64,000 bases of DNA from Octopus vulgaris (Eukaryota). Each line of letters begins with the position of its first letter. Position 1 is the stretch's first letter. The position numbers and the translations under genes were made by a program. Location: the NCBI GenBank assembly GCA_951406725.2, contig OX597828.1, positions 68,634,001-68,698,000 of the forward strand, in the 5' to 3' direction. Shown in pieces: positions 14,223-27,007 of the stretch. The notes under the pieces are model-generated. The model was given only the letters and a program-made list of their open reading frames with translations. It did no database searches and was not told where the DNA came from.

Positions 14223-14511
14223 TTAAATTAATGAATCATTAAAGAAAAATATGCAGACTGGCTTAATTTCTTAATTACAAACCAAGATAACTAGCATCGC
14301 TATTTTGATAAGTTACAACAAATATTTTCTTCTCTTGTTAATAGTTTATAGTAATGACAATTGAAAGACTCATTAAAACAAACAACAGACGTTAGCAGTT
14401 ATGCCTTTATTTTTCTGAACAGTTTTCTCTCTGACGACAAATGGCTTGTCAGGAAACAGATACTGGTCCTGTAATCACAACCCGCTCAAAATGTGGCAAA
14501 GAAAACGAATG

Positions 14512-14775
14512 GCACAGCTTCACCGCCTCTTCACTTGCGTTGTCCAGATTTTCTTTTGCTTTGGTCACAAATGATTTGTATATCACGGTGTCTGCAGTGC
14601 ATTAGGCGTCGTTTCACTGGGAGGGGTAATCACTGTTTCGCTCCCCTCCCTTTTCATTATACCTTTGTATTATCCGAGATTATCACTTCCACAATTTATT
14701 GTCTTTTTAGAGACACCAGCTACTGCTGCAAAATTGCTAGCTTTTCTTCCTTGAATAAACTGTTGGCATGCTATT
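14512..14775 (-). mobile_element. Partial duplicate of the LINE ORF1/5' region at ~16077-16340
   Basis: Shared translation CPDFLLLWSQMICISRC.QCI..RFTGRG...APLPFHYTFVLSEIITSTIYCLFRDTS.CCKIASFSSLNKL. Confidence 0.75.
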
Positions 14776-14940
14776 TAAAAAAGTGATACATGAAATTCGC
14801 TATTGGAAATGTATGTGAAAATTGGAAGACCAGTGACTTGTGCTAGGTTGGTGGGGAATAATTGTAAAAGAACGTCGGTATAATTTGTTGGTAAAGTATA
14901 AAACAATACGAAACAATAGAATGTGGCAAAGAAAACGAAT

Positions 14941-15170
14941 GACGTTTGTCTTAGATCTTTTAAGAAAATCATGCACGACAAATGGAATGAATGGACGGTA
15001 TCTAGTGAACATTCGTTTATCTCTGCTGATAATACGCATGCGTATCAACCGTATGCGTGCTGCTCCCATTGGTTCATAGAATGGAATAAAAATGGAAACA
15101 ATTGCGAAATCTTTAAAAATATGTTCAATAAACAACGTGATAGACTGTAGCAAAGCCGATATTCTGTGAG
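14941..15170 (+). pseudogene. pogo/Tigger-like DDE transposase C-terminal remnant
   Basis: DVCLRSFKKIMHDKWNEWTVSSEHSF, then after a frameshift IAKSLKICSINNVIDCSKADIL; resembles the pogo DDE_1 end (LDV..NKPFK..M..KWNEW / I.KSFKKC.ISN..DG.EDD.L). Confidence 0.7.
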
Positions 15171-15779
15171 GAAAAGGAGGAGAATATCTCCTTAGTGAAC
15201 TTCGTCCTACTGGTGATTCCTATACTGACGAATTGTACAATCCTTATGACTTGGTTTTATCAGTGACTGGGAATTATTGTTCAACAATAACAATAACATT
15301 GAAAAGGATTTTGAATCGGTGAGTATTATACACGAGATGAATGAAAACTGAAGGTTGTAGTGTGAACTGGTAAATAAATTGTACCTTGGATTTTAGTATT
15401 CGTGTTTGTGCTTATTTCATATCTGTAGAAATACCGATATGCTAGAACATTGTACCAAGTGATGACAATTGCTCAATATTAGTTTAAGAACTGTTTCAAC
15501 TGATTTTGATTCTTTACCGGTTTTTTGAAAAATATGTATTTTGACTTGTACATATGTAACGTCTAAAAGTAATAATAAAGAACAATTTTTAAAAAATAAT
15601 TTCGTATCTATTTATCTTAAAAACACTAGAAAGCGTGTTACTCATAATCTACATACTTTTCGACGGGAGCATTGTCTTCGCTCCAATCAGTTGATTACTG
15701 ATTTGTTTATATATCAGGCTGAGTAAAAAAGTAAGCAACGTTTGGAAACATGAAATTCATCACAATATATTTCAGAGCA

Positions 15780-16590
15780 TTGTCATGAAGAATGATTGGC
15801 CCTCTTCTATTGACCAGGAGAATTGTGATCTTATCCTCCTAGCCGTTTATTATGACTGCCACCAGCCAAGTGAGGTCTACTTTGAGTGAAATGTCTCCTA
15901 CCTTAATCTTGGAAGTCCGTCTTCTAAGATAAGTAGGTAGGAGTACAACCTCCGCCGTTTTTAATGGTGTCGTCGACGCTTGTTTTGCCTTTTCCACGGT
16001 TTTGAAACGGACTTCTATTGTGGCGTACTTCATTCCTCTTGTGACGTATACCACGTCGTTCCAAACTGGACAGAGACACAGCTCCACCGCCTCTTCACTT
16101 GCTTGTCCAGATTTTCTTTTGCTTTGGTCACAAATGATTTGTATATCACGGTGCATGCAGTGCATTATGCATCGTTTCACTGGGAGGGGTTTCGCTCCCC
16201 TCCCTTTTCATTATACCTTTGTATTATCCGAGATTATCACTTCCACAATTTATTGTCTTTTTAGAGACACCAGCCGCTGCTGCAAAATTGCTAGCTTTTC
16301 TTCCTTGAATAAACTTTTCTTCTGTTGGCATGCCATTTAAAATGATGCTGCTGGTATTGATTTTAATAGGTGGCTTGTCCATTTCTTTTTCTTTTGAAAA
16401 ATACAACAATATTTATTCTCTTTATACAAGGGGGGAAAACGTTAGTCCAACAAAGTAGTAATTCAACAGTGTAAATTCAACAAATTAACCACAAATATTA
16501 CAACTTACACCAAACTTTTCGAACGACGTCACAAACATACACGAACAAGTCGAGATGATTGTGGCCACCAAGGACCTTACAGAGAAGAGA
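15780..16590 (-). mobile_element. Decayed 5' region/ORF1 of a LINE (Tx1/L1-like)
   Basis: YVTRGMKYATIEVRFKTVEKAKQASTTPLKTAEVVLLPTYLRRRTSKIKVGDI resembles RRM-type ORF1; frameshifted; clade assignment is inference. Confidence 0.5.
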
Positions 16591-18447
16591 CAGCACAAGG
16601 ACAGACAAAACAATACATAGCGGGGACATAAAACATAAACGAATGAAAGATGAATTTATATAATAATGGGGGTGAAACGGCCACCCGAACCCTACACTCG
16701 AGTGGTTACATTTAACAGTTCTTTATAAAAAGTTTTTTTAATCATTTTTTTATCATATAAAATTTTACATTTTTTTTTACCAATTCACGTAAGGCATTAA
16801 ATCCTTGTAATCTACGACCAGAGGTAGGGTATCGTACTCCAACTCCAATCTCAATGCTGTGAACCAAACAATTCTTTTAGTTTGCGATATCTTTCTTTGT
16901 CTATTAGGATACATTTTGTGTTTTCAGAGTGCTCCTCAAGCCGGCAATTTCACTCTTATCACCAATTTGAATTTGGTAATCTTACACTCAGTTGCTGTAT
17001 TTTTGGAGTAGGCTTTATGTTTTTTTGGGTTTTCTATTCCGGCTCTTTCAGTTCTGAGTTCGAATCTCTCTATGGTCTATTTGGATGGCATTTGGGGTCA
17101 TTTGTAATAGGCTGATCGCAGTACAACTGAAATGTCACATGCAAATAACAGGTTGAATATTGATTTCTTATATAGATTCACATTTTAGGGGTAAGATATC
17201 ATTAATTAAAGACTTGTGACAGTTTTTGACTTGTACTTATTGGCGTCGACCTAGAAAAGTAAAGTTGATTCTGGCGCTACTTGAACTCGCCCCCTAGAGT
17301 GGTTTAACTAAATAGCGCAAAAAGCATTGAGTCCGACGCTCAAACGATTCTGCCAATACACCGTTCTCAGGTTGGTAATTATTATTAAAAAAAAAAAATT
17401 ACAGAACATGTTTATATTAGTGATGTGTCCACCTCTTACTCTATTTTACTTGTTTAAAATCACTAATTTTGAAGCCAAACATTTGTCGATTATTTTTTTT
17501 ACATAACTGATACATGCAGCAGATCAACATAATCTATCAAAGTGATTAAAGCGTTTGATAGATTGGGGCTATGTCATTAACAACGGATGATTTGAAAATA
17601 TTCTTTATAGTGGACGGTAAAATTATAAAAATACAGCAAAAGTAAATGGAAAAAGAATATGAAAAAAGAGGCGGTGATAGTGTCAGAAAAATGAAATGAT
17701 ATTAATTGAATGATCGATTGACATAGAAATTTGTTGAAAACGTAATGAAAGGAGCAAAGATAATAAATTATTTAACTATTTTTTTTAAAGAGCAAATCTG
17801 TGTGTTTATGGGTAAAAGAGAAAATGAAGAGTGTGAAAGAAAGATAGGAAGGTTTAGAGAGGGAATCTAGTGAGAGAGACGAAGAAAGTGTTAAGGAGGG
17901 GGAACAGAGGAATAGTGTTAGAGATAGGGAGAGAGCGATTGATTAGAAATATTCCGGTGTATAATATTCCAGCGTTGTTGTAGTTTAGATGCATTTTTAG
18001 CTTGCTCCTCGGTGCACTCGGATACCACGTAGAAAAGTGCTGCAAAATTGGTTGAGACGGATTCGAGGAATAACAAATAAGCAGCCCTGAATACCTTTTC
18101 CCCTTTTCTTTATTGTATGGGATTTAATTCACAGGAAGTTTTGAGACACAGCAGTAAACACTAATGAAACGAACTAATGAGAAAGCCTCAAAGTGATCGC
18201 TGGAGCTGCTAGGAATAGAAGTTGCACGTCACTCACACGGCAATGAAACAACATATTCGACATTGTTGTCCTTCTTAATCTTAATAAAAAGATAGTCACG
18301 CCCGGAATGCGTTTGTTCACAAATGGTTAACTTGGTTTAAACCAGGTTGTTTACCTCTTAACCTGGCTTATTGTTTGGACCATGTGATTGATTTGTGTTA
18401 AACAAAAACACAAATGTGATTGCTGTCATTGTTGACATAATTAGTGG

Positions 18448-18749
18448 TTTTTTGTTTTTGTTCCTTCTCGAGCCATGCCTGGCTTATAAGGGCCAGTTTC
18501 CCGGTTTCTTGGCGTATAGGTTCCCCACCTGGACGGGACGCCGGTCCGTCGCAGGTGAGCTGCAAGGTGCAGAGTGAGAGAAGGTTGTAGCGGAAGAGTC
18601 AGCAGAAGTTCGCCATTACCTTCTGCCGGAGCCGCGTGGTGCTTAAGTGTTTCGCTCATAAACACACACATCGCCCGGTCTGAGATTCGAACCGGCGATC
18701 CCTCGACCGCGAGTCTTCTGCTCTAACCACTAGGCCATGTGCCTCCACA
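18448..18749 (-). mobile_element. tRNA-derived SINE family C, tail type 2
   Basis: Head GTGGAGGCACATGGCCTAGTGGTTAGAGCAG...GGTTCGAATCTC; shared central domain; distinct tail ending ...GGCTCGAGAAGGAACAAAAACAAAA. Confidence 0.85.
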
Positions 18750-19608
18750 CAAATTAGTGTTTGTTACTGTGATGTGGTGACGATAGAAGTGAAAGTTGGC
18801 GTACATTGTTAACATATTCATAGAAAAATGTCGAACGTAGTACGCAGCTTACGAAACTCGTCAATTTTGAAATGCTGTCAATATTAATAGTGGTGAACTA
18901 TAACTCCTTAATGTGGCTGCTTATAATCTGGAGGACTGGACTATTGCAAATTGTGACTTGGCTACCGACACTTGATCGGATATACATAGCTGACACCTCA
19001 GCAGGTGGTTATCAGGTACTATTTTGACTCGCTGATCTCAGTCTGTTCACAATATAAACCCCCACCTTTATGATAAGCAAATCGTAATATTTTCCAGAGT
19101 TTAACCACGCTGAAAAGACCGTGAACGTTAATAATAAGGATTAAGAAATTGAGTTGCAGGAAAAAGATTAAATATCATTGTCTATATGACAGCTATTCCA
19201 TTTTCTGATGCAACTTAACTTATCAAATAACTTCACTGCATTACCGTAAAGTGGAGCAATGAACTGTATAGATGCTCGCGAATGTTAGCCACAAATACAG
19301 CACAGGACTAATGACATGATAAAGAAAAAATGTCGTATCTCTTAGAATAAGGTGGGCGAAAAAGCTGTTGAAAAGTAAGTGTATTGGCCTCTGACACAGA
19401 ACCATTGATGGTACAAACTGAATCGGAAAAAATGCTATGCGGTATTTCTCCCCAATCCTTGTGGGGCATACGTCGAGATTAACTTTGTGTTTCTTCCCTC
19501 TGGGAGCGATAAAATAAAACACCAGCCAAATTCTGGGATCGGTGTAATCGACGTACTCACTTCCAATAAAATTTCTAACCTTCTGCCTAAGTTAGAAACA
19601 CCACCACC

Positions 19609-19662
<54 letters not shown>

Positions 19663-20530
19663 TTTCACTTTTTTAGCATTTTTCTGACACATACATCAAA
19701 TTAGAACAACAAAATTTCCACTCCCAGCAAGCTCGTACATCACACATTATTCAAACAAAGAAATATCTTACCTAGTGACTAATCTTACTTTAAAGTTCTG
19801 TTATTGTTAAGTAACCGTTCTCACCGCACCTTCACACCCGCACTAACTTGTCATACCACGTCACCTATTGTAGCTGCTGATGACACTACCAAATTTAATC
19901 AACCACAACTACTTGTACAGTTGATATCACAAACAAATTCAAGCAATACCTTTTACCTTAACACTCTGGAATAACCTGCCGATAACATATTTCTTCGGAC
20001 ACTTTAAATTTTTTTCTTTTATTTGAAAAGGGGAATTTTTCTCGAAATTTTATAGGATCATTAAATAATCTTTTCTCTTTGTGTTCATTTATTGGCATCA
20101 CCTAAACTATTTTAGTTAATTAGTCACCTGCATTGCTCAAAGGTTTTGCAAACATTTATCTCATTTACACATATTGCAATACTTCAAGAAAATTTTAGCA
20201 CTTTTTAGTAAATTGATTAGATAAAATTTATAAATAAATTTAACCAATTTTTCAACATATCTTCTTAATACAGCTTTCTGTCTTTCTATCGCTTTTTCTT
20301 CCAGGCTGACACACTTTACTCTTCTCTCTTCTTTTATCCTCTTCTTTCTATTCTCACTTCGACACATCACCTACACTACTGTTTCTCGTCTGACTACATC
20401 GTTGAATTTAATGATAGTTATTTTTTTTATGTTTTGGATGTAAATACTATGATAGTGAATAAATTGTTCAAATTTCTTGGCTGAACTATAAAAGCTGGTC
20501 AAATAGTGTTCCTAATAAATACAATATATC

Positions 20531-20752
20531 TTTATCGTTTACATGATTCAATCATTGAGCTGCGGCCATGCTGGGGCACCACCTCGACGTTTTTAGTCGA
20601 ACTAATCGGCCCCAGTAGCTATTTTTAAACCCTGGTAGTTATTCTACCGGTCTATTAAGCCAAAACGCTAAGTTACAAAGACATAAACAAAGCAACACCG
20701 GTTGTCAAGTGATGACGGAAGATAAACACACACACACACACACACACACACA

Positions 20753-20783
<31 letters not shown>

Positions 20784-20944
20784 CGTCGGGCTTCTTTCTG
20801 TTTTCCTCTACCAAATTTACTCACAAGGCTTTCGTCGGCTCGAGGCCATAATAGAAGGCACTTGCAAGGTGCCATGTAGTAGGTCTGAATCCAGGAACAT
20901 GTAGCTGGGAAGCACACTTCTCATCATCACATATTCACGCCTGC
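20531..20944 (-). mobile_element. Diverged SINE family A copy
   Basis: TGCGGCCATGCTGGGGCACC...CGTCGGGCTTCTTTCTGTTT...CTCACAAGGCTTT...CAAGGTGCCA is the reverse complement of 33949-34360. Confidence 0.8.
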
Positions 20945-21002
20945 ATTTATATACCAAATATAATGAGTATTTTCAAGAATTGTGGATTCACCAATCATAC
21001 TA

Positions 21003-21049
<47 letters not shown>

Positions 21050-21052
21050 CAG

Positions 21053-21255
21053 TCGCCATGATAGATCGTTCGCCACTACACACATTTTTTTCGCTCCTTG
21101 TTTCTCTCCTTGTTTTTTTCTGTGTCCCTTTCTGTATAAGAGCGTAGGCTCGAAATGTAAAAGACTTTTTTCTATTCCTGAGCATTATACTAATACATCT
21201 GTTTGTTTTGTACACCACCTGTCTTCGTCTTTTGTTTTTTTCGTAAACTCTCCCT
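21053..21255 (+). mobile_element. Short TA-embedded repeat carrying a variant hammerhead-like motif (family H)
   Basis: CTTT-CTGTATAA-GAGCgtagGCTC-GAAAT-GTA-AAAG; eight related copies in the window. Confidence 0.75.
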
Positions 21256-21270
21256 ATATATATATATGTG

Positions 21271-21332
<62 letters not shown>

Positions 21333-21481
21333 AATATATATATGAGACCCTCTCGCAGAAGCCGCTATTCCGGAGAGCCTAGGCATGATAATTAAAGATA
21401 TCATCATTAGCCGATAGGTTAGAAATCCTAATTCAAACACCAATCATAATACTATTCTATATTTTTGAGATGAGGAATTAT

Positions 21482-21578
21482 GTATATTATTTACAATGGA
21501 CGGATAGATGTCCTCGTCTTGTTTGTTGTTATCGCAAACAAGATGAGGGCACCTATCCGTCTATTGTAAATAATGTAC
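21482..21578 (+). other. 97-nt long hairpin (44-bp arms, 9-nt loop)
   Basis: 21482-21525 is the reverse complement of 21535-21578 with 5 transition mismatches. Confidence 0.85.
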
Positions 21579-22702
21579 CAGTCACAATGCTATTAATTAA
21601 ATGGCTAATCTAGAGTGATTAGATAGGACATTAATTAATTGTAGCGAATCATTCGGTTTATGCTGAGGATAATAGAGCTAAACATCTTAGTCAAGAGTCA
21701 CGTCTAAGAAGTTCGCTAATTTAGTGCTATTTCAAGAAAAAAAAGGTAGATAATAATTCTTAGAAACCATGGAGGTCCTTCTGGGTACTTCAACGGACGG
21801 TTGGGACATACTGTTGGCTGTGAGAATAGCATCATTCTTGTAAAACCCCCGGATATGCTAGGGAAGTGCTGGTTTATTTGAGAGAGAAGGAAAAGACCGA
21901 CTTGACCTTATCATTTGTCTGGCATTTCAACTAACACAAAGGAATGTGTCCTACATCCAAAGGAGACATTAAATCCACCACCGTAACAATAGTGCAAGCT
22001 ATCAAAGGGACTTTCATGTAGTCATTTCATTTGCTAAATATAGCAACCAAATTTCTCGCAAATCACATCTTACCAGTTCAAAAAACGAAAGATACAGAAG
22101 ATAATATAGTAATATATATAGAAAAAATATGGGATGGGCACGGATGGAAGACATTAATAATATGTTGCTTCGATCTAGTCTGATTTGGTGCTAAAAACAA
22201 CAAGAAACGTAGAGTTGAAAGACGACAAATACTACAATCATCACAACAGCACTGCCGCTGTTCCTGTTGCTGCTGATGGTGAAGGTGATGATGAAGGTAG
22301 TGATGATGATAATGACGATAATAGAAATATCAAACTGTTTTTAGAGATATTTGTTATTTTACGGAAGACTACATCTAAATGAAATCTGTGACAAAGTTTG
22401 TCAAGATCCGCCTCTTGTGTGAGGAAACACCCTCCATTCTCACATTAAGGTGGCGTTTGTGAACAGCAGCAGCAGCATCCATCGATGCCATTCGCACTGC
22501 CTCTCCATCTCATCCTTCACATATGCCTTAGTTCACCTCCTAAGGTGCTTGTTTTCATTCGTCATTTTTGTTTATATATTTTTCTTCCTGGCAGAAGGCG
22601 GTGCTCCAGAATGGCCGTAACCACGCAGCATAAAGCAAACTGAGTCTGTCTACTTATTTACCAGTTTATCGTTCTCTCCTCTGATTCTTTCTTTCTCTCA
22701 CG

Positions 22703-22741
<39 letters not shown>

Positions 22742-23196
22742 ATTCGTCTTTCTCGTTTTTTCTCACCGTAACGCAATTTCTCTCCTCTCCGTCTCCTTAA
22801 AACCTAGCTAGAAATAGCAGCCAAATATTACTGGAATTACACTCTATTTTCTTAATGAAGTGAGCAACACATTGGACAACGTGAATACAAACATATAAAT
22901 AGACGGAATGGTCATGGATGGAATTCCTTTCATTATAATCTGCTCGATCACAACTGAGCTGCTATTGAAGAGTCTGTACGTAGAAAGTACACACGCATGT
23001 AGAAATACATATATACAAATATATATGTATATATATATGAGTAAATGTACACATATATGTATGTATATACATATAACTGTGCTTTTATGCGTAAGTATGT
23101 ACTCACTCACATAGAGAGGTCGGCTTAAGACCAACGGATTACTGAGGATCGGAAAGGGCTGGGGGAGAGAGTCTGTACATCTACATACACATACAC

Positions 23197-23245
<49 letters not shown>

Positions 23246-23257
23246 CATACATACATA

Positions 23258-23376
<119 letters not shown>

Positions 23377-23401
23377 ATGTATGTATATATATATATATAT
23401 G

Positions 23402-23507
<106 letters not shown>

Positions 23508-23912
23508 TAGGCGTAGCTCTGTGGTAAGAAGTTTGCTTCCCAAATACATGGTTCCGGGTAGAGTCCCACTGCCTGGCACTCTGGACAAGATTCTTCTGTA
23601 TAGCCATGGACCGACCAAAGACATATGAGAGGATTTGGTAGGCCGTAACTGAAAGAAGCCCGTCGTGTATATATATACATATATAAATATAAATGTGTGT
23701 GTGTGCGTGCATCTTTATCCCCCACCATAGTTTGACAATCGGTGTTAGTGTGTTTAAGTACATATTATGTAGCGGTTCGAGAAAAGATTCGATAAAGTAA
23801 GTACCAGGCTTAAGAAAATAATAAGTACGGGGGTTGATTCGCCCCGATTAAATTCGAGAGGTGCCCCAGGATGGCTGCAGTCTAATGACTGAAATTGGTA
23901 AAAAGTATAAAA
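23508..23912 (+). mobile_element. SINE family A
   Basis: GTGGTAAGAAGTTTGCTTCCCAA...GGTTCCGGGT...GGCAC...ACTGAAAGAAGCCCGTCG...GGCTGCAGTCTAATGACTGAAA. Confidence 0.8.
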
Positions 23913-23925
23913 TAACTGATGAGTT

Positions 23926-23977
<52 letters not shown>

Positions 23978-24153
23978 ATTAAGGATAAAATCTTAATAAG
24001 AAATCTTAACAAGAAATTATCAGGTAGTTAGCGTGAAAAACCTCATAAGAGAAAAATCTGAGAGAGCTGCATTCGGTACGATTCGTTTATTTTTGGTAGT
24101 AATGATTTTGAAAGTCCCTCCTAGCGTGTGGCATTTATGTGTAACAATGCCCT

Positions 24154-24244
<91 letters not shown>

Positions 24245-24265
24245 ACATACATACATACATACATA

Positions 24266-25071
24266 TAAAACTTAGATAAAACTTAGATATGTTTCGACCA
24301 GAGATTGGTCCAGGCCATGTCTAACTTAATAGCACCACCTGATAGGATTATTCGAATCCTGTTTAAGTCAAGTTTTGTTCAAGTAGTGAGTTCTTGTTGG
24401 GTGAGTTGTATCCAGTTTTGTTCAAGTAGTGAGTTCTTGTTGGGTGAGTTGTATCCAATTATGGGTGGCTTATCTGGTATTCTTTGAAGGAATCTATCCA
24501 GACTCTGTTTGAAGTTGATGGGATCCTTTTCCTCTTTGATCTCCCTCGGGACAATGTTAAATAGGGCAGGGCCTGTTGAGGAAAAGAAATTATGTTGCAG
24601 TGTACATGTATGTTGTGATCTTGAATTTGGCAGGGGACGTATAGCCCGTGGTCCAAGTCTCGGATGAACCTTGAAGCTAATGTTTAGGTCGTTTGGGCAA
24701 AGTTGGCGGTATATTTTCCACATCGTGCAAATGATGTACCGCTCACGGCGACGCTGGAGGGAGTAAAGTTTCAAGGCTTTAAGGCGATCCCAATAGTCGA
24801 GAGCAGCCATGCCTTCAATTTGTTTAGTGAGAGCCCTCTGGGGTGACTCAATTCTGGAGATGTTTTGTCTTGTGTGAGGAGACCACAGTGGGCAGCAGTA
24901 TTCAAGGTGTGGCCGTACAAAGGATGAAAAAAGTGGTATGATGACACCTTGTTTTCTGGACCGGAAAGTTCTTAAGATCCAGGAACTCATCCTACGAGCT
25001 GTATCGACCTTCTTGTTGATGTGTGCACTCCAACTGAGATCGTCATCAACAATTACACCCAGGTCTCTGGA
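24266..25071 (-). mobile_element. 5'-truncated CR1/L2-group LINE (RT C-terminus still in frame, 3' UTR, tail)
   Basis: RDLGVIVDDDLSWSAHI...VRPHLEYCCPLWSP...IESPQR..TK...DYWDRLKALKLYSLQRRRERY (ORF 24379-24990); 3' stem-loop GACCA-atctc-TGGTC and (ATCTAAGTTTT)2 tail; 43-bp tandem duplication at 24371-24456. Confidence 0.92.
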
Positions 25072-25199
25072 TATATAAAATTAATATTATTTGGACAAAT
25101 ACGCATAATTCGATGAGCGTGTTTAAATGTCGAGTAGAGCACCGGCACAATTTCAGCTACCTGTTGTCATTTTATATATTTATGTATTTACATCCATTG

Positions 25200-25310
<111 letters not shown>

Positions 25311-25737
25311 TGAGATCCCCCTTTTACTGAGATCCCCCTTTTAGTAGAAGGAATAGCTATATCTCTTTGACTGCTATTTCTAAATTCGGTGTGTTGGTGA
25401 GGCAATTCGTTGCTAAACCCTTAATTACTTAGTATTACTTAAATTTTCCTCGAATGGGGCTTTTACATACCGAAATCTACTTGGTGTAATTGATAATTAT
25501 CCCTAATTAATTAATTTCACCCTTTTATTATTACTGATAACCATATTTTATCCCAGTAAATTACCACAGCATTTTGTCTTGGCCGCACGCGGGTGGAAGG
25601 GGGCTGGTGACACAAACTTTCATTCAAACTTTGAATTTCGTGGTACTGGTCATGCTTTGGCTCGCTCTGACACTGAGTTGAGATGACGCATTCTAGTATC
25701 TCAAAATTTAATATACAATTATTCACAATTGTAGTAT

Positions 25738-25829
25738 CCTGCGCCGATGAGAGAAGAAGTCTGGGTAAAGTAGAATTTTCTAATTCTTATGATATCCTAA
25801 AACTTGATCTCGAAACGTACGTCCGTAGG
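25738..25829 (+). ncRNA. Type I hammerhead ribozyme, unit 1 (predicted cleavage after C25823)
   Basis: Stem I CCUGCG/CGUAGG; core CCGAUGA; 61-nt stem II GAGA..AAGU...AGAAUU-uucu-AAUUCU...ACUU..UCUC; GAAA; palindromic stem III ACGUACGU; GUC^ site. Confidence 0.85.
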
Positions 25830-26326
25830 TAACTTAAAATTGCATGATGGATTGCCGTCATTTCATTCTTTCTTTCTTACCTGTCTGTGTTTGCCTTTTA
25901 AGTGCTGTGTTTTTACTGAGATCCCCCTTTTAGTAGAAGGAATAGCTATATCTCTTTGACTGCTATTTCTAAATTCGGTGTGTTGGTGAGGCAATTCGTT
26001 GCTAAACCCTTAATTACTTAGTATTACTTAAATTTTCCTCGAATGGGGCTTTTACATACCGAAATCTACTTGGTGTAATTGATAATTATCCCTAATTAAT
26101 TAATTTCACCCTTTTATTATTACTGATAACCATATTTTATCCCAGTAAATTACCACAGCATTTTGTCTTGGCCGCACGCGGGTGGAAGGGGGCTGGTGAC
26201 ACAAACTTTCATTCAAACTTTGAATTTCGTGGTACTGGTCATGCTTTGGCTCGCTCTGACACTGAGTTGAGATGACGCATTCTAGTATCTCAAAATTTAA
26301 TATACAATTATTCACAATTGTAGTAT

Positions 26327-26418
26327 CCTGCGCCGATGAGAGAAGAAGTCTGGGTAAAGTAGAATTTTCTAATTCTTATGATATCCTAAAACTTGATCTC
26401 GAAACGTACGTCCGTAGG
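26327..26418 (+). ncRNA. Type I hammerhead ribozyme, unit 2 (predicted cleavage after C26412)
   Basis: Identical to unit 1, offset +589. Confidence 0.85.
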
Positions 26419-26915
26419 TAACTTAAAATTGCATGATGGATTGCCGTCATTTCATTCTTTCTTTCTTACCTGTCTGTGTTTGCCTTTTAAGTGCTGTGTT
26501 TTTACTGAGATCCCCCTTTTAGTAGAAGGAATAGCTATATCTCTTTGACTGCTATTTCTAAATTCGGTGTGTTGGTGAGGCAATTCGTTGCTAAACCCTT
26601 AATTACTTAGTATTACTTAAATTTTCCTCGAATGGGGCTTTTACATACCGAAATCTACTTGGTGTAATTGATAATTATCCCTAATTAATTAATTTCACCC
26701 TTTTATTATTACTGATAACCATATTTTATCCCAGTAAATTACCACAGCATTTTGTCTTGGCCGCACGCGGGTGGAAGGGGGCTGGTGACACAAACTTTCA
26801 TTCAAACTTTGAATTTCGTGGTACTGGTCATGCTTTGGCTCGCTCTGACACTGAGTTGAGATGACGCATTCTAGTATCTCAAAATTTAATATACAATTAT
26901 TCACAATTGTAGTAT

Positions 26916-27007
26916 CCTGCGCCGATGAGAGAAGAAGTCTGGGTAAAGTAGAATTTTCTAATTCTTATGATATCCTAAAACTTGATCTCGAAACGTACGT
27001 CCGTAGG
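26916..27007 (+). ncRNA. Type I hammerhead ribozyme, unit 3 (predicted cleavage after C27001)
   Basis: Identical to unit 1, offset +1178. Confidence 0.85.

Noticed and set aside
14425-14470. CTGACGA...GGAAACAG hammerhead-like string
   Set aside because: No stem I complementarity and stem II does not close properly
19487-19692. Poly-P/S and poly-D/G ORFs
   Set aside because: (CAC)n(CAT)n trinucleotide tail of a decayed SINE
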